IMG/VR virus record: IMGVR_UViG_3300044712_001906
Span: 13,883 to 77,882 of that record
Source of the DNA: a virus
Reading direction: 5' to 3' (one strand)
DNA length: 64,000 nucleotides
A program made the translations under genes and the position numbers. This document shows, in pieces, positions 1 to 8,797 of the stretch. The notes under the pieces are model-generated. The model did not search any database. It was not told the origin of the DNA and saw only the letters and a list, made by a program, of their open reading frames with translations. Position 1 is the first letter of the stretch, and the number at the start of each line of letters is the position of its first letter.

Positions 1-232
1 CGTCCGCGCGTGCCTGGTCGACTTCACGCCCAAGACGCTCGTGCGAGCCGTCATGCACGACGGCACCAAGGCATCATGGCTGCGGCTCAAGGCGGGCGAC
101 CTGACGCCAGACCAGCTCGCGCGGCTCGTGAGCATTGGCCGCGACGTGCTTCCCCGCATGCGCGACGCGCTCCAGGCGCCGCCGATCGATCCGTGGGTGC
201 GTCCGTCCGACGCGCGGGAGGGGATGGTATGA
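1..232 (+). CDS. Hypothetical phage protein, 5-prime partial
   Basis: ORF 41..232 frame; its stop overlaps the ATG at 229 (ATGA coupling). Confidence 0.5.
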   Translation, partial: VRACLVDFTPKTLVRAVMHDGTKASWLRLKAGDLTPDQLARLVSIGRDVLPRMRDALQAPPIDPWVRPSDAREGMV

Positions 233-588
233 ACGACCGCGCCGAGGTGGCGTGCCCTTCGGGAGCTGCGCCTCAGGTTCTTGCCGACCAGCCCTCGGCG
301 CGGTCGGCGCTTCTGCGGGTCCTGCGGGTCCGCCCCTGCACGCTCGGCCAGCTCCGGCACCTCCTCGGCGACGCGGCGGTCGCGGCCTTCGCTGAGGCCG
401 AGGCGCGGGGCGAGGTCGCGGTGCGGGTCGACACGAGCGGCGGCGGGCTCTGGCGGGTGCCGGTGCTCGTGCTGACGGGTGCGGGCTACCGGGCCTCGGA
501 CGTGGCGAGACGAGAGGCCAGCGGCGAGCCGGTGTGGCTCGTGCGGGCGGAGAGAGCAGACGTGAAGGGGCAGGGGAGGTTGTTGTGA
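229..588 (+). CDS. Hypothetical protein, possible winged-helix
   Basis: ATG at 229 after GGAGGGG; RSALLRVLRVRPCTLGQLRHLLG resembles HTH helices; ends QGRLL. Confidence 0.55.
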   Translation: MNDRAEVACPSGAAPQVLADQPSARSALLRVLRVRPCTLGQLRHLLGDAAVAAFAEAEARGEVAVRVDTSGGGLWRVPVLVLTGAGYRASDVARREASGEPVWLVRAERADVKGQGRLL

Positions 589-782
589 CCCCCTGCCGCC
601 ACCCGACGACAGACGCCGTGGCCTACTCCTGCCGCGTCTGCGGCGCCTTCCTCTGGGACTGCCCGTCATGCGTCGCGCTAGGTGAGCGCGGCGCCGTCGT
701 CTGCCGCCGATGCGGGCAAGACCCGCACTTTGCGCCGCCCGTTGCGCCACCCGCGGACGAGCGACAAGGGAGGCTGCTGTGA
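585..782 (+). CDS. Small zinc-finger protein
   Basis: GTG at 585 coupled to the upstream stop; CRVC, CPSC and CRRC motifs; ends QGRLL. Confidence 0.65.
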   Translation: MTPCRHPTTDAVAYSCRVCGAFLWDCPSCVALGERGAVVCRRCGQDPHFAPPVAPPADERQGRLL

Positions 783-1129
783 TGCCCTCGCACCGCTCCT
801 ACCTCGTCCCCTTCCCGGTCGACGACGGCGAGCCACTGACCCTCGCCCTTCACCTGATCCCCGAGGGCTCCCACGTCTGGCTGACCTGGACCGCCGTGAG
901 CCCCGCGGGCGACCTCATGCACCGCGCCGCCAAGCGCCCGACCGACACGGAGAAGCTCAAGGCGTCGCCACTCGAGGAGACGATCGTCAGCTACCTCCTC
1001 GCCGGGCGCCTGGTAGATCCGCCCTTCGTCGTCGCGCTGCTCCTCGGTCTCGGCGAGCGCTCGCCAGACGCGCGGCGGGGGCTTGAGGACGCGCTCGGGG
1101 ACGCGGCGAGGATGCGAGGTGAGCCATGA
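782..1129 (+). CDS. Hypothetical phage protein
   Basis: ATG at 782 (TGATG coupling) after GGGAGG; protein-like composition (MPSHRSYLVPFPVDD). Confidence 0.6.
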   Translation: MPSHRSYLVPFPVDDGEPLTLALHLIPEGSHVWLTWTAVSPAGDLMHRAAKRPTDTEKLKASPLEETIVSYLLAGRLVDPPFVVALLLGLGERSPDARRGLEDALGDAARMRGEP

Positions 1130-1350
1130 CCCACGAAGACCTGCGCCACGCCATCCTCGAGGATCTCGCCGACGCCGCCTCCGAAGCTGCGAAGGCGGGC
1201 CGCACGCGACGGAGCACGAGGCTCCGGCTCCTACTCGGAGGCGCCGAGGAGGCGCTCTGCGGTCCCGTGCCGTCGACCACCGCGGCGCTCACGGTCGCCG
1301 CCGCGCTCGCGCGGGTCGTGCGGCTCCTCGCGGACGGAGGGGAACCGTGA
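1126..1350 (+). CDS. Hypothetical phage protein
   Basis: ATGA overlap with the upstream gene; GAGGTG SD-like sequence. Confidence 0.6.
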   Translation: MTHEDLRHAILEDLADAASEAAKAGRTRRSTRLRLLLGGAEEALCGPVPSTTAALTVAAALARVVRLLADGGEP

Positions 1351-1745
1351 CCCCGGCCTATCTCACCCACCGCGAGGCGTGCGAGCACCTCCGCGTCCAC
1401 CCGGAGACGCTCAAGGCCCGCATGGCCGTGACCCCCGAGCACGTCGCGCGCGCCTGGGTTGACTTCTCCGCCGGCGGGCGACCACGCTACCGCTGGCTCG
1501 CGTCCGAGATCGATCGCTGGTGGGCGGAGGTGTGCGCATGGCTACGATCGAGCAACGGGGCAGCACGTGGCGCGTCCGGTGGCGCGATCCAGACGGGCGG
1601 CAGAGGTCGCGGGCGTGCCCAGACCACCGGACCGCGAAACGGCTCGCCCTCGACGTCGCGGGCGAGGTCGCGGAGGGCCGACGGTGGTCCCCTCGCGACG
1701 CGGCGCCGGTCCCGCTCCTCGTCGACGTCCTCGACGCCTACCTGA
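1347..1745 (+). CDS. Excisionase-like HTH DNA-binding protein
   Basis: GTG at 1347; YLTHREACEHLRVHPETLK...RYRWLASEIDRWW is a MerR/Xis-type HTH; directly upstream of and overlapping the integrase. Confidence 0.6.
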   Translation: MTPAYLTHREACEHLRVHPETLKARMAVTPEHVARAWVDFSAGGRPRYRWLASEIDRWWAEVCAWLRSSNGAARGASGGAIQTGGRGRGRAQTTGPRNGSPSTSRARSRRADGGPLATRRRSRSSSTSSTPT

Positions 1746-2617
1746 CCGACGTGCGCCGACTGCGCTCGGCCGGCACAGCGCGCGTCTACGAGAGCCGCCT
1801 CGACGGCTTCCTACTCTGGGCGGGCGAGGACGCGACGGTCGACGCCCTCTCGCGCCAGCTCCTCGCCGACTATTACGCGAGCCTCGCCCCCGGCCTCGCC
1901 ACCCGCAGGCAGCTCGTGGCCGCGGTCGAGCGGGCGTGGCGCTGGGCGGCCGAGTCCGACGCCTACTGCGACGACGTGCCTCGCCCACGCCACCTCGAGG
2001 TGCCAGCGCCGCCCGGGCGCCCGACCGTGGCGCCCACGTGGGCCGAGGTCGACGCGGTCATCGCCCATGCGAAGGGAGAGCCCCACCGGCGGCTCCTCGC
2101 ACTGCTCCGCTGCACTGGGCTTCGCGTCCACCAGGCGCTCGGCCTCGCCTGGTCCGACGTCGACCTGGAGCGCGGAACGCTCCGGGTACGCGGCGAGCTC
2201 GGCAAGACCTCGGTCGAGCGTCAGGGCCGAGTCGTGCCTCTAGCCCCGGTGCTCCTCGAGGAGTTGGCCGGCTGGGGCGTGCGCGAGGGCGCGCTCGTCG
2301 CGGGCCTGAAGGACGAGCAGGCGGCGCGCCTGCGGACGGTAGCTGCGTGGCAGGCGTCAGGCCAGCGGGCCGAGCTCTGGCAGAGACGCCCGCACCACGC
2401 CTTCCGTCGGGCCTTCGTGACTGGACTACGCCGCGCGGGGGCTGACCCGGACGCCGTCGAGGTCCTGGTCGGCCACTCGCTCGGGCTCCGCGGGGTCTAC
2501 ACGGACCCGGAGGCGCTCGGTCTGCGAGATGTCGTGGCCCTCGTGCCGAAGATCGTGTCGGGGGTCGTCTCGATTGGCTCCCGTGTCCGTAGCGTGTCCG
2601 CGCGAGCGAGGCGATGA
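1538..2617 (+). CDS. int: Tyrosine recombinase (phage integrase)
   Basis: ATG at 1538 after GGAGGTG; N-terminal arm-binding-like region (WRVRWRDPDGRQRSR); catalytic set TGLR, GKT, HAFRR, GHS, GVY. Confidence 0.93.
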   Translation: MATIEQRGSTWRVRWRDPDGRQRSRACPDHRTAKRLALDVAGEVAEGRRWSPRDAAPVPLLVDVLDAYLTDVRRLRSAGTARVYESRLDGFLLWAGEDATVDALSRQLLADYYASLAPGLATRRQLVAAVERAWRWAAESDAYCDDVPRPRHLEVPAPPGRPTVAPTWAEVDAVIAHAKGEPHRRLLALLRCTGLRVHQALGLAWSDVDLERGTLRVRGELGKTSVERQGRVVPLAPVLLEELAGWGVREGALVAGLKDEQAARLRTVAAWQASGQRAELWQRRPHHAFRRAFVTGLRRAGADPDAVEVLVGHSLGLRGVYTDPEALGLRDVVALVPKIVSGVVSIGSRVRSVSARARR

Positions 2618-2810
2618 GCGTTCACCAGCATAGATGGCCGACGCGCTCGACATGGCAACAGAAACCTCAGGTTACGTCTGGCGACCGATGCAGGTCTAGG
2701 TGGAATGCGGGTGAGGCGCAAGAAACGCCGTCGAGACGGGCCTTCGCGAGATCGACGGTGAGCGGTCGAGATCGGTCGATCCTGCTGCTCGTGTGCCCGT
2801 GGTGTGTCCG
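2583..2810. other. Putative attP with paired arm-type integrase sites
   Basis: GTGTCCG at 2583 and 2594, and GTGCCCG/GTGTCCG at 2793 and 2804; each pair has an 11-bp period and together they flank about 190 bp at the int 3-prime end. Crossover core not identified. Confidence 0.55.
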
Positions 2811-3000
2811 CGTTGGCGCCGGAAGGCCGGCGCGAGACGGGTCCTCGCCGGCCCACACCAAGGCGCGCGGAGCCACTGGACGGGCATGGCTGTCATCGAC
2901 GGCACCAATGCCGGGGACGTCGTCGGTGTTTCCGGGCGGCCATCGCGCCTTGCATGACCCGCTCCCCGGCCGTAGCCTCGATCCGCAAGAGGAGGTCGCC

Positions 3001-4191
3001 ATGCGGTACGTTCTCGGGTTGGCGCTCGTCCTCGCCCTGGCCAACGTGACTGCGAGCTGCAGCTCGCCAGCTTCGTGCGTGCCAGGGCGCTCGGAGCAGT
3101 GCTTCTGCGGGTCGAAGTACGGCGCCCAGGTGTGCCGGAATGACGGAACGTGGGGCACGTGCTTCTGCGGGGCCGGAGGCGAACCCGACGCCCTGGCCAT
3201 CGGCCACGACGCCCACGGCGAGGCGGATGCTGCGCCATCGGACGACCCGGGGACGCCGCCCGGCGAGGCGGATGGCGCCGGCGGGGAGCTGCCACCCGTG
3301 GACGCGGCGAAGACCGACGCCGGGTTCCCTGACGTCCCAGCCGATCACAAGCCTCCCACGGCGATCGCCTCCGTCCTTGAGGGCCTCGAGGTCGTCCCGC
3401 AGACGAAGCTCCACTTGAAGGGGAGTTCGAGCACCGCCGACGGCGGCCCGATCGTGAGCTGGCACTGGACGGTGACGCAGCCGGCCGGGTCGAAGTCGAT
3501 CTTCATGGCGACCAACACGGCTCCGGACCCGACCTTCGAGGTCAACGTGGCCGGGCTCTACGTCTTCGTGCTGACGATCAGGGACTGGGCGGGTGCGACA
3601 TCCACCTCGGCTCCCGTCAGCGTCTCCGTCGTGCCGGACGAAGCGATCCACGTTGAGCTGCTCTGGGATACGCCGGCCGACCCAGACGAGACCGACGAGG
3701 GGCCCGAGGCCGGCGCCGACCTCGACCTCCACTTCATGCACCCCTACGCCAAGACCGGGAGCGATTGCGACGGCGACGGCGTCGGGGATCCATGGTTCGA
3801 CGGGCACTTCGACTGCTTCTGGTTCAATCCGAACCCCGACTGGGCCTCGAGCGACCAGATGGTCGACGATGACCCAGGCCTCGACCTCGCCGATACGGAC
3901 GGGGCGGGGCCAGAGATTGTGAACCTGAACGCTCCCGAGATGAGCACGACCTATCTGATCGCCGCCCACTACCCGGACGATCATGGCTTCGGACCGAGTC
4001 AGGTCGAGGTTCGCATCTACGTCTACGGCGCGCTGACCTACCAGGGTAATGCGGTCGAGTTGACGGAGGGCGACCTGTGGGAGGTCGTCACGATCGACTG
4101 GCCCACGGGCATCGTGGCCTTCATCCCCACGCCCGACGGCAAGCCAGCGATCGCGCATGGGTGCAGCAATCAGCCCTTACTCGGTCCGTAG
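3001..4191 (+). CDS. Secreted/lipoprotein with Cys-rich N-terminus, PKD-like Ig domain and acidic C-terminal domain (myxobacterial type)
   Basis: ATG at 3001 after AGGAGG; hydrophobic signal ending TASC; CVPGRSEQCFC...C...CFC; PKD-like SWHWTV...GLYVFVLTIRD; HVELLWDTP...GADLDLH. Confidence 0.75.
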   Translation: MRYVLGLALVLALANVTASCSSPASCVPGRSEQCFCGSKYGAQVCRNDGTWGTCFCGAGGEPDALAIGHDAHGEADAAPSDDPGTPPGEADGAGGELPPVDAAKTDAGFPDVPADHKPPTAIASVLEGLEVVPQTKLHLKGSSSTADGGPIVSWHWTVTQPAGSKSIFMATNTAPDPTFEVNVAGLYVFVLTIRDWAGATSTSAPVSVSVVPDEAIHVELLWDTPADPDETDEGPEAGADLDLHFMHPYAKTGSDCDGDGVGDPWFDGHFDCFWFNPNPDWASSDQMVDDDPGLDLADTDGAGPEIVNLNAPEMSTTYLIAAHYPDDHGFGPSQVEVRIYVYGALTYQGNAVELTEGDLWEVVTIDWPTGIVAFIPTPDGKPAIAHGCSNQPLLGP

Positions 4192-4366
4192 CTGGCGGTC
4201 CATCGGAACTCGAAGAGGCAGATGTGTTCGAGGGGGCTCCTTGGCGCGGCACCTCGCCATGAAGTAGCATGCGGGAGCCTCGCGGTGGTCGCCAGGAAGT
4301 TTCGTGAAGGCGGCATGCCGTAGGCAGGGCATCCATGGACGCGCGTCGTGACATCCGGAGGAGCCT

Positions 4367-4558
4367 GTGATGGTGAGAATCGTGTGCGGCAACTGTGGAG
4401 GTGCGTTCACGCGCGAACAGGTTCTGAACGGCAAGCCGCCGGATCCACCGAAGCCTCTCACGCCGGCAGGCGAGGCCGCCAAGTTCGACAACGAGACGCT
4501 TGGGGGCAAGCACCATCGATGCCCAAGCTGCGGGAATCCCACCCTGAAGGTGGGATAG
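4367..4558 (+). CDS. Small zinc-ribbon protein
   Basis: GGAGGAG SD; CGNC...CPSC. Confidence 0.6.
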   Translation: MMVRIVCGNCGGAFTREQVLNGKPPDPPKPLTPAGEAAKFDNETLGGKHHRCPSCGNPTLKVG

Positions 4559-4790
4559 CTCGGCGCGGCCGGCGTCCTCGAGGAGTCCTGCGGCGTGCGC
4601 CTCGGCGACTGCCGCATCGGTGCTCTTGCCGAGGATGGCCCCCCAGTGCGCGTCGCTGTCCTTCTCGTCGGCCCACTTCGCCCTCGAGAACTTCGCGAGG
4701 AAGAGCGCGCGGGCACGCTCCGCGACTGCAGGCGGTGGCATCGATGAGCGGCCTGATGCGCCTGGCCTGGCGTGCTCAGCGCCCGGCTCC
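4556..4790 (-). pseudogene. Possible truncated gene remnant
   Basis: Minus-frame ALFLAKFSRAKWADEKDSDAHWGAILGKSTDAAVAEAHAAGLLEDAG has coding-like GC3 but degenerates where it meets the Zn-ribbon gene. Confidence 0.25.
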
Positions 4791-4880
4791 GGAGCTCGGT
4801 CGCGTGCCAGCCAGAGGCCAAGTCCAATGGCGCGCCCATCGCGGTGACAAGCCAGCAGGGCCTTGCCGCCATGCGATAGG

Positions 4881-5444
4881 CTATGGCTCGGCGACCCCTG
4901 GACTGTCGTGGCTCGCGTTCTCGGAAGGCTCTTTCAGGAAGCCGATCCTCCGCGCCTTCTCGCCGGATTTCTTCATCGCGACCAGCAGGACGCTCAGTTG
5001 GGTCACGTGTTGGATGAGCTGAACGCGCGCGCCATCAGAGTTGACGCCGTGGAACGTAATGATGTCCGGACCCCAGAAGTCCATGTCCTCAATGTGGAAC
5101 GTGACCTCGCTTCCGAACGAGACGAGCCGCGCACCGACCTCGTGGTCTTCGTCGAGGCGCTCCTCGAAGCGATAGATGTACTCGCCGAGGCGCTCATGGG
5201 TCCACTTGGCGGGGTTGTTGGTCGGGTTGTTGACTATCGTCTGAAGGACGTCTGGCATGGGTGGCCCCATTGTCGGTCGCAGATCTGTTAGGAATCCCGG
5301 CATCTTGGCGAGTCCCGTCATGCGATCGATCTCGTCCTTGATGCGCGTCGCCGACTCGACGTTGGGCAACATGCCGTGGAACTGTCTGATTGCCTCAGAT
5401 GCCTTCTCGCGCTTGTGGATCTTCGTGATGTCGTCTTCTGACAC
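4881..5444 (-). CDS. DUF6173 family protein
   Basis: NPAKWTHERLGEYIYRFEERLDEDHEVGARLVSFG...GPDIITFHG...QLIQHVTQLSVLL...RRIGF matches the recalled DUF6173 pattern; GTG at 5444 after GAGGGG. Confidence 0.75.
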   Translation of the reverse strand: MSEDDITKIHKREKASEAIRQFHGMLPNVESATRIKDEIDRMTGLAKMPGFLTDLRPTMGPPMPDVLQTIVNNPTNNPAKWTHERLGEYIYRFEERLDEDHEVGARLVSFGSEVTFHIEDMDFWGPDIITFHGVNSDGARVQLIQHVTQLSVLLVAMKKSGEKARRIGFLKEPSENASHDSPGVAEP

Positions 5445-5857
5445 AGCGCCCCTCGCGGATCGTCGCATGGCCACCCACCGTGGACCCATCCGCTATCTGG
5501 TCCATAGAGGCGCCTCGCAGACGCCTGGTCAATGTTGGTGGGGACGGATGTTCAGCGTCAGCGCCGCATCGGCGCAATGCCTCTGCACGTGAGCGCTGCG
5601 GGACGACCGAGCGATTAGCAGCGCTTCCGACGTCTCGTACCATAGACCTCGATCAGCCGCCACTACACGAACCAGCAAGCGATCAAGCGCTGGAGCAAGC
5701 CCCGCGCTCGCATCATCCTTGGGTCCTGTGCTCCTGTCGATGTTGATGCTCGGGAAGAGCCTCAGGCGCATGGCCGGTCCCGACGTGGGAGCGGATGGGT
5801 GGGGTCTCCGCGGACTCGAGCCGTCGGAGCTCAGCGCTGGGGCGCCATGGCGATCTG

Positions 5858-6661
5858 TCACCGCCTCACAACCTCGACCGCGATCCCCGGAGGCACCATC
5901 GCCTTCAGCGCGAGCCGGAGGCCGCCGAAGACCGCGCGCCCGGACAGGTAGAGCGCGTGCGGCCCGGCGGTCGTGTCGGTCCGCTGCCACGCGTCCGTCT
6001 GAACGTGACCGCCGTAGGGCTGTCCGACCGGGCGGGCCTCGCCGCTGCTCTGCAGGTAGGTCGGCGGCGCCGAGCTGACGGCGTCCGCGAACACGACCAC
6101 GCGGAGCGTGCCCGGCTCGCCCGGTGACGTCGTCTCGGCGCCGTTCGGCCAGTCGATCGGCCCCGGGGTGGGCTCCTCGATCCAGAAGGGCAGGATCTCG
6201 GCGTCGTGCGAGGCGCTCCCCAGGAACGTCGCTCCCGTCCATGCCGGCGTCCCGAGCGCCGCGAGCTCAAGGTAGGTCCCTCCGGCCCCGGCGACGTCCT
6301 CTGGCCCCACAACGAGATGTACGACGTCGCCGAGGACCACCCAGCGTCCGACGTGCCGCTGCTCGAACGGCGTTCCGGACACGGCCGTGATGCGCTGCGG
6401 GTTCGCCGCGGCGACGGTGACGGGCACAACCTCGGACCGGTCGGAGAAGACGCCGCGCAGGAAGGCGAACATGCCGCCCGGGCGCCCTCGGTATCCGAGC
6501 GCGACCTCGCGCAGGCCCCGCCTCCATGCTGCAACCGAGAACCCGGCAGGCCTCGGCAGGCCGTAGAACCTCGCGACGCGGTCGAAGTCAGCGCCCTCGG
6601 CGCCGGCGACCATCGTCGACCGCGCCGCCTGTGCCACCTGCGAGAGAGGTTGGAGCAGCAT
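5858..6661 (-). CDS. Baseplate/tail wedge protein (gpI-like N-terminus)
   Basis: AEGADFDRVARFYGLPRP...WRRGL is typical of baseplate wedge gpI-like proteins; last gene of the tail operon. Confidence 0.6.
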   Translation of the reverse strand: MLLQPLSQVAQAARSTMVAGAEGADFDRVARFYGLPRPAGFSVAAWRRGLREVALGYRGRPGGMFAFLRGVFSDRSEVVPVTVAAANPQRITAVSGTPFEQRHVGRWVVLGDVVHLVVGPEDVAGAGGTYLELAALGTPAWTGATFLGSASHDAEILPFWIEEPTPGPIDWPNGAETTSPGEPGTLRVVVFADAVSSAPPTYLQSSGEARPVGQPYGGHVQTDAWQRTDTTAGPHALYLSGRAVFGGLRLALKAMVPPGIAVEVVRR

Positions 6662-6664
6662 CGG

Positions 6665-8221
6665 TCAGCCCTCGGCCGGCGGAAGAGCGTCGACGGACGC
6701 GTCGAGCCGCACGGGAGCCCCTCGAGGGATCCACGTGACCCGGGAGTCCTCGCCGTCGATGCCGGTCAACGCGCCGTCGGACCGACCGGAGTAGGCGAAG
6801 CGCCAGCCGCCGACGAAGAAGGCCCCCTCGTCTGGCCAGCCGAACGTGCTCTCGACGAGAGCGACGGAGGCCGACGGGTCGAGGTCTGCCACGAGACGTG
6901 TGACGATGCCGCCCATCATCACCTGCACCTCCTGGCCGACGGCGTGCGTGATGGTCTCGAGCAGGCCGATCGGGAACTCGTCGAACACGTCGCCAGCGAC
7001 CACGACGAGCGCCGAAGGCACGTCCAGATCCGCGGTGCGGACGGTGTCGCCGTCGTCGAAGGTCACGACGTAGCCGCCGCCTGCCGTGAGCCTGGGATGG
7101 ACGGTCAGGACTGCGCTCAAGCCATCGTTCGCCGCGTCGGCGCCGGTCACGACGACGTCGGCCTCCGCTCCGTCCGGGGCGAGTGACCAGGCGCCAGCGT
7201 CGCCGAGGTCCGCGGGGTCAACGTAGGCGTCGAAGGTCGCCTCGACGTGGGTGAGGTCGGCCGGCGTCACGGAGGCGAGGAGCGGCGGCCACTCGTAGGC
7301 GCCGATCGACGGTGGCGCCGCCAGGTCGGCCCCGAGGTAGTCGGATGACGCCGCGGAGGGCGTGGTGCCGGCGTGGATGCCGGGGCTCGCGGTGCCGAGG
7401 CGGAAGTCGCCGCCCGCGCCGTCGACGAAGAGCGGGTTGGCCTCGATGCAGTCGGCGGCCTCGTAGAAACCAGGCGAGTTCCGGATGCTCGACGTCGTGT
7501 GGTAGAGGCCGGCGTCGCTCGTGTAGCCGAGGCAGTTGTAGGCGTGGCCCGCCGTCAGTCCGTAGGGGTCGGCGTTGTCGACGACGATGCAGTTGCGCGC
7601 CACGGACGAGTAGGACGGCGCATAGATCCCCTGCCCACCGTTGAAGGCGGCGACGCACTGCTCGGCGGTCGCGGCGCCGGTGAGCCAGATCCCCTGCCCA
7701 GCGTTGCCGTGCGCGATGACCGCCTCGAGGCTGCCGGTGCCGGCGTACTTGATGCCCGCTCCGAGGGCGCCGGTCGCGTTGCGGACGAGCACGCGCTGAA
7801 CGGGGCCGCCCGCGTTGCAGTGGATGCCGGTCGTGCCTCCGTCGACGTCGAGGTCGCGCAGCGTGGCGCCCGAAGTCGAGAGGATGCCGTAGCTGCCGCC
7901 GCCGATGACGGACAGGCGTTCGACGGTGCCGGTCGACACGCGAACCGTGTACGACCCGAGCCCCTCGCCGTCGACCACCGTGCGCAGCCAGCCGAAGGCG
8001 CCGGCGAGGACCTGTTGACCGCGCAGAGACCATCCCGTGCCGGGCGCGGTCAAGTCGATGTCGTGCTCGACGAAGGGGCCGAAGTTCTGGAGCTCGAGCG
8101 TGACGTCGTCCTCGCCGAAGCGGTCCCCGATGGCGAAGGCGATCGTCTTGTAGGGGTTGCCCTGCGAGCCGTCGCCCGTGCCGTCGTCGCCATCGGTGGA
8201 GTGCACGTAGTAAGTGGCCAC
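6665..8221 (-). CDS. Right-handed beta-helix (pectin-lyase-like) virion protein with C-terminal baseplate-type domain
   Basis: YYVHSTDGDDGTGDGSQGNPYKTI start; GN.GQGI repeats; NPLFVD...GDFRL..ASPGIHAG...SIGAYE motif. Confidence 0.72.
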   Translation of the reverse strand: MATYYVHSTDGDDGTGDGSQGNPYKTIAFAIGDRFGEDDVTLELQNFGPFVEHDIDLTAPGTGWSLRGQQVLAGAFGWLRTVVDGEGLGSYTVRVSTGTVERLSVIGGGSYGILSTSGATLRDLDVDGGTTGIHCNAGGPVQRVLVRNATGALGAGIKYAGTGSLEAVIAHGNAGQGIWLTGAATAEQCVAAFNGGQGIYAPSYSSVARNCIVVDNADPYGLTAGHAYNCLGYTSDAGLYHTTSSIRNSPGFYEAADCIEANPLFVDGAGGDFRLGTASPGIHAGTTPSAASSDYLGADLAAPPSIGAYEWPPLLASVTPADLTHVEATFDAYVDPADLGDAGAWSLAPDGAEADVVVTGADAANDGLSAVLTVHPRLTAGGGYVVTFDDGDTVRTADLDVPSALVVVAGDVFDEFPIGLLETITHAVGQEVQVMMGGIVTRLVADLDPSASVALVESTFGWPDEGAFFVGGWRFAYSGRSDGALTGIDGEDSRVTWIPRGAPVRLDASVDALPPAEG

Positions 8222-8224
8222 GCC

Positions 8225-8794
8225 CTACCCCTCCAAGAGCGGTGCGCGCTCGTGCGAGACAGGCCCCTTGACGAAGAGCGACTGGAAGCGCCTCCGCAGC
8301 CGGTACGTCTCGTCGCAGCGCCCGCGCCGGACGACGAGGAAGGCCTCCGACACCGCCTCATCGGCGAGCTCCGGCCCCCAGCGCGCGATCAGCGTGTAGC
8401 TCCCGGGCGGTAGCGGCGGGAGAGCGCAAAGGAGCTTGCGCTTGCTGCGGTCCGTGCGGCAGTCGTCGCCTGACCCGGGGCGGCACGAGTAGAACCCGCC
8501 GCTCGCCGGCCACTCGTTGCCGTCCGCGTCGACGGCGCGCACCTGGTACGGACCGGTGACGGGCCACGAGCTCAGGAGCTCGAGCGGGACGCCGCCCTCG
8601 TCGGGGTACGGGCCGAGCTGCCCGGCGACGCCGAACACGGCCGGAGGGGACGGCGAGCCCAGACCGAGATCGAACTCGCCGGCGTCGGCGTCAGGCGCCC
8701 ACGCGGAGGGAGAGCCTAGGCCGGTGTCGGACGGACCAGCGTCAGCGTCAGGCGCCCACGTCGATGGCGAGCCAAGGCCGAGGTCGCCGGCCAT
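8225..8794 (-). CDS. Hypothetical virion protein with N-terminal 19-aa repeats
   Basis: About 2.5 copies of D(L/T)GLGSPS(T/A)WAPDADAG, then an Ig/IPT-like segment (LPPLPPGSYTL). Confidence 0.65.
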   Translation of the reverse strand: MAGDLGLGSPSTWAPDADAGPSDTGLGSPSAWAPDADAGEFDLGLGSPSPPAVFGVAGQLGPYPDEGGVPLELLSSWPVTGPYQVRAVDADGNEWPASGGFYSCRPGSGDDCRTDRSKRKLLCALPPLPPGSYTLIARWGPELADEAVSEAFLVVRRGRCDETYRLRRRFQSLFVKGPVSHERAPLLEG

Positions 8795-8797
8795 GGA

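Noticed and set aside
2618-2790. tRNA or tmRNA fragment as the att core
   Set aside because: No T-loop (GGTTCGAATCC-like) or acceptor-end sequence recognised.
2614-3000. N-terminal extension of the 525-aa ORF 2614..4191
   Set aside because: The strong AGGAGG SD and signal peptide begin at ATG 3001; the upstream part is the att region.
5529-5771. Small minus-strand ORF after the tail operon (MRLRLFPSINID...)
   Set aside because: No SD, atypical codon use and no motif; probably intergenic or decayed.
8650-8790. 57-bp tandem repeats resembling a mini CRISPR array
   Set aside because: They are in-frame coding repeats (19 aa) with synonymous variation and no unique spacers; no cas genes in the window.
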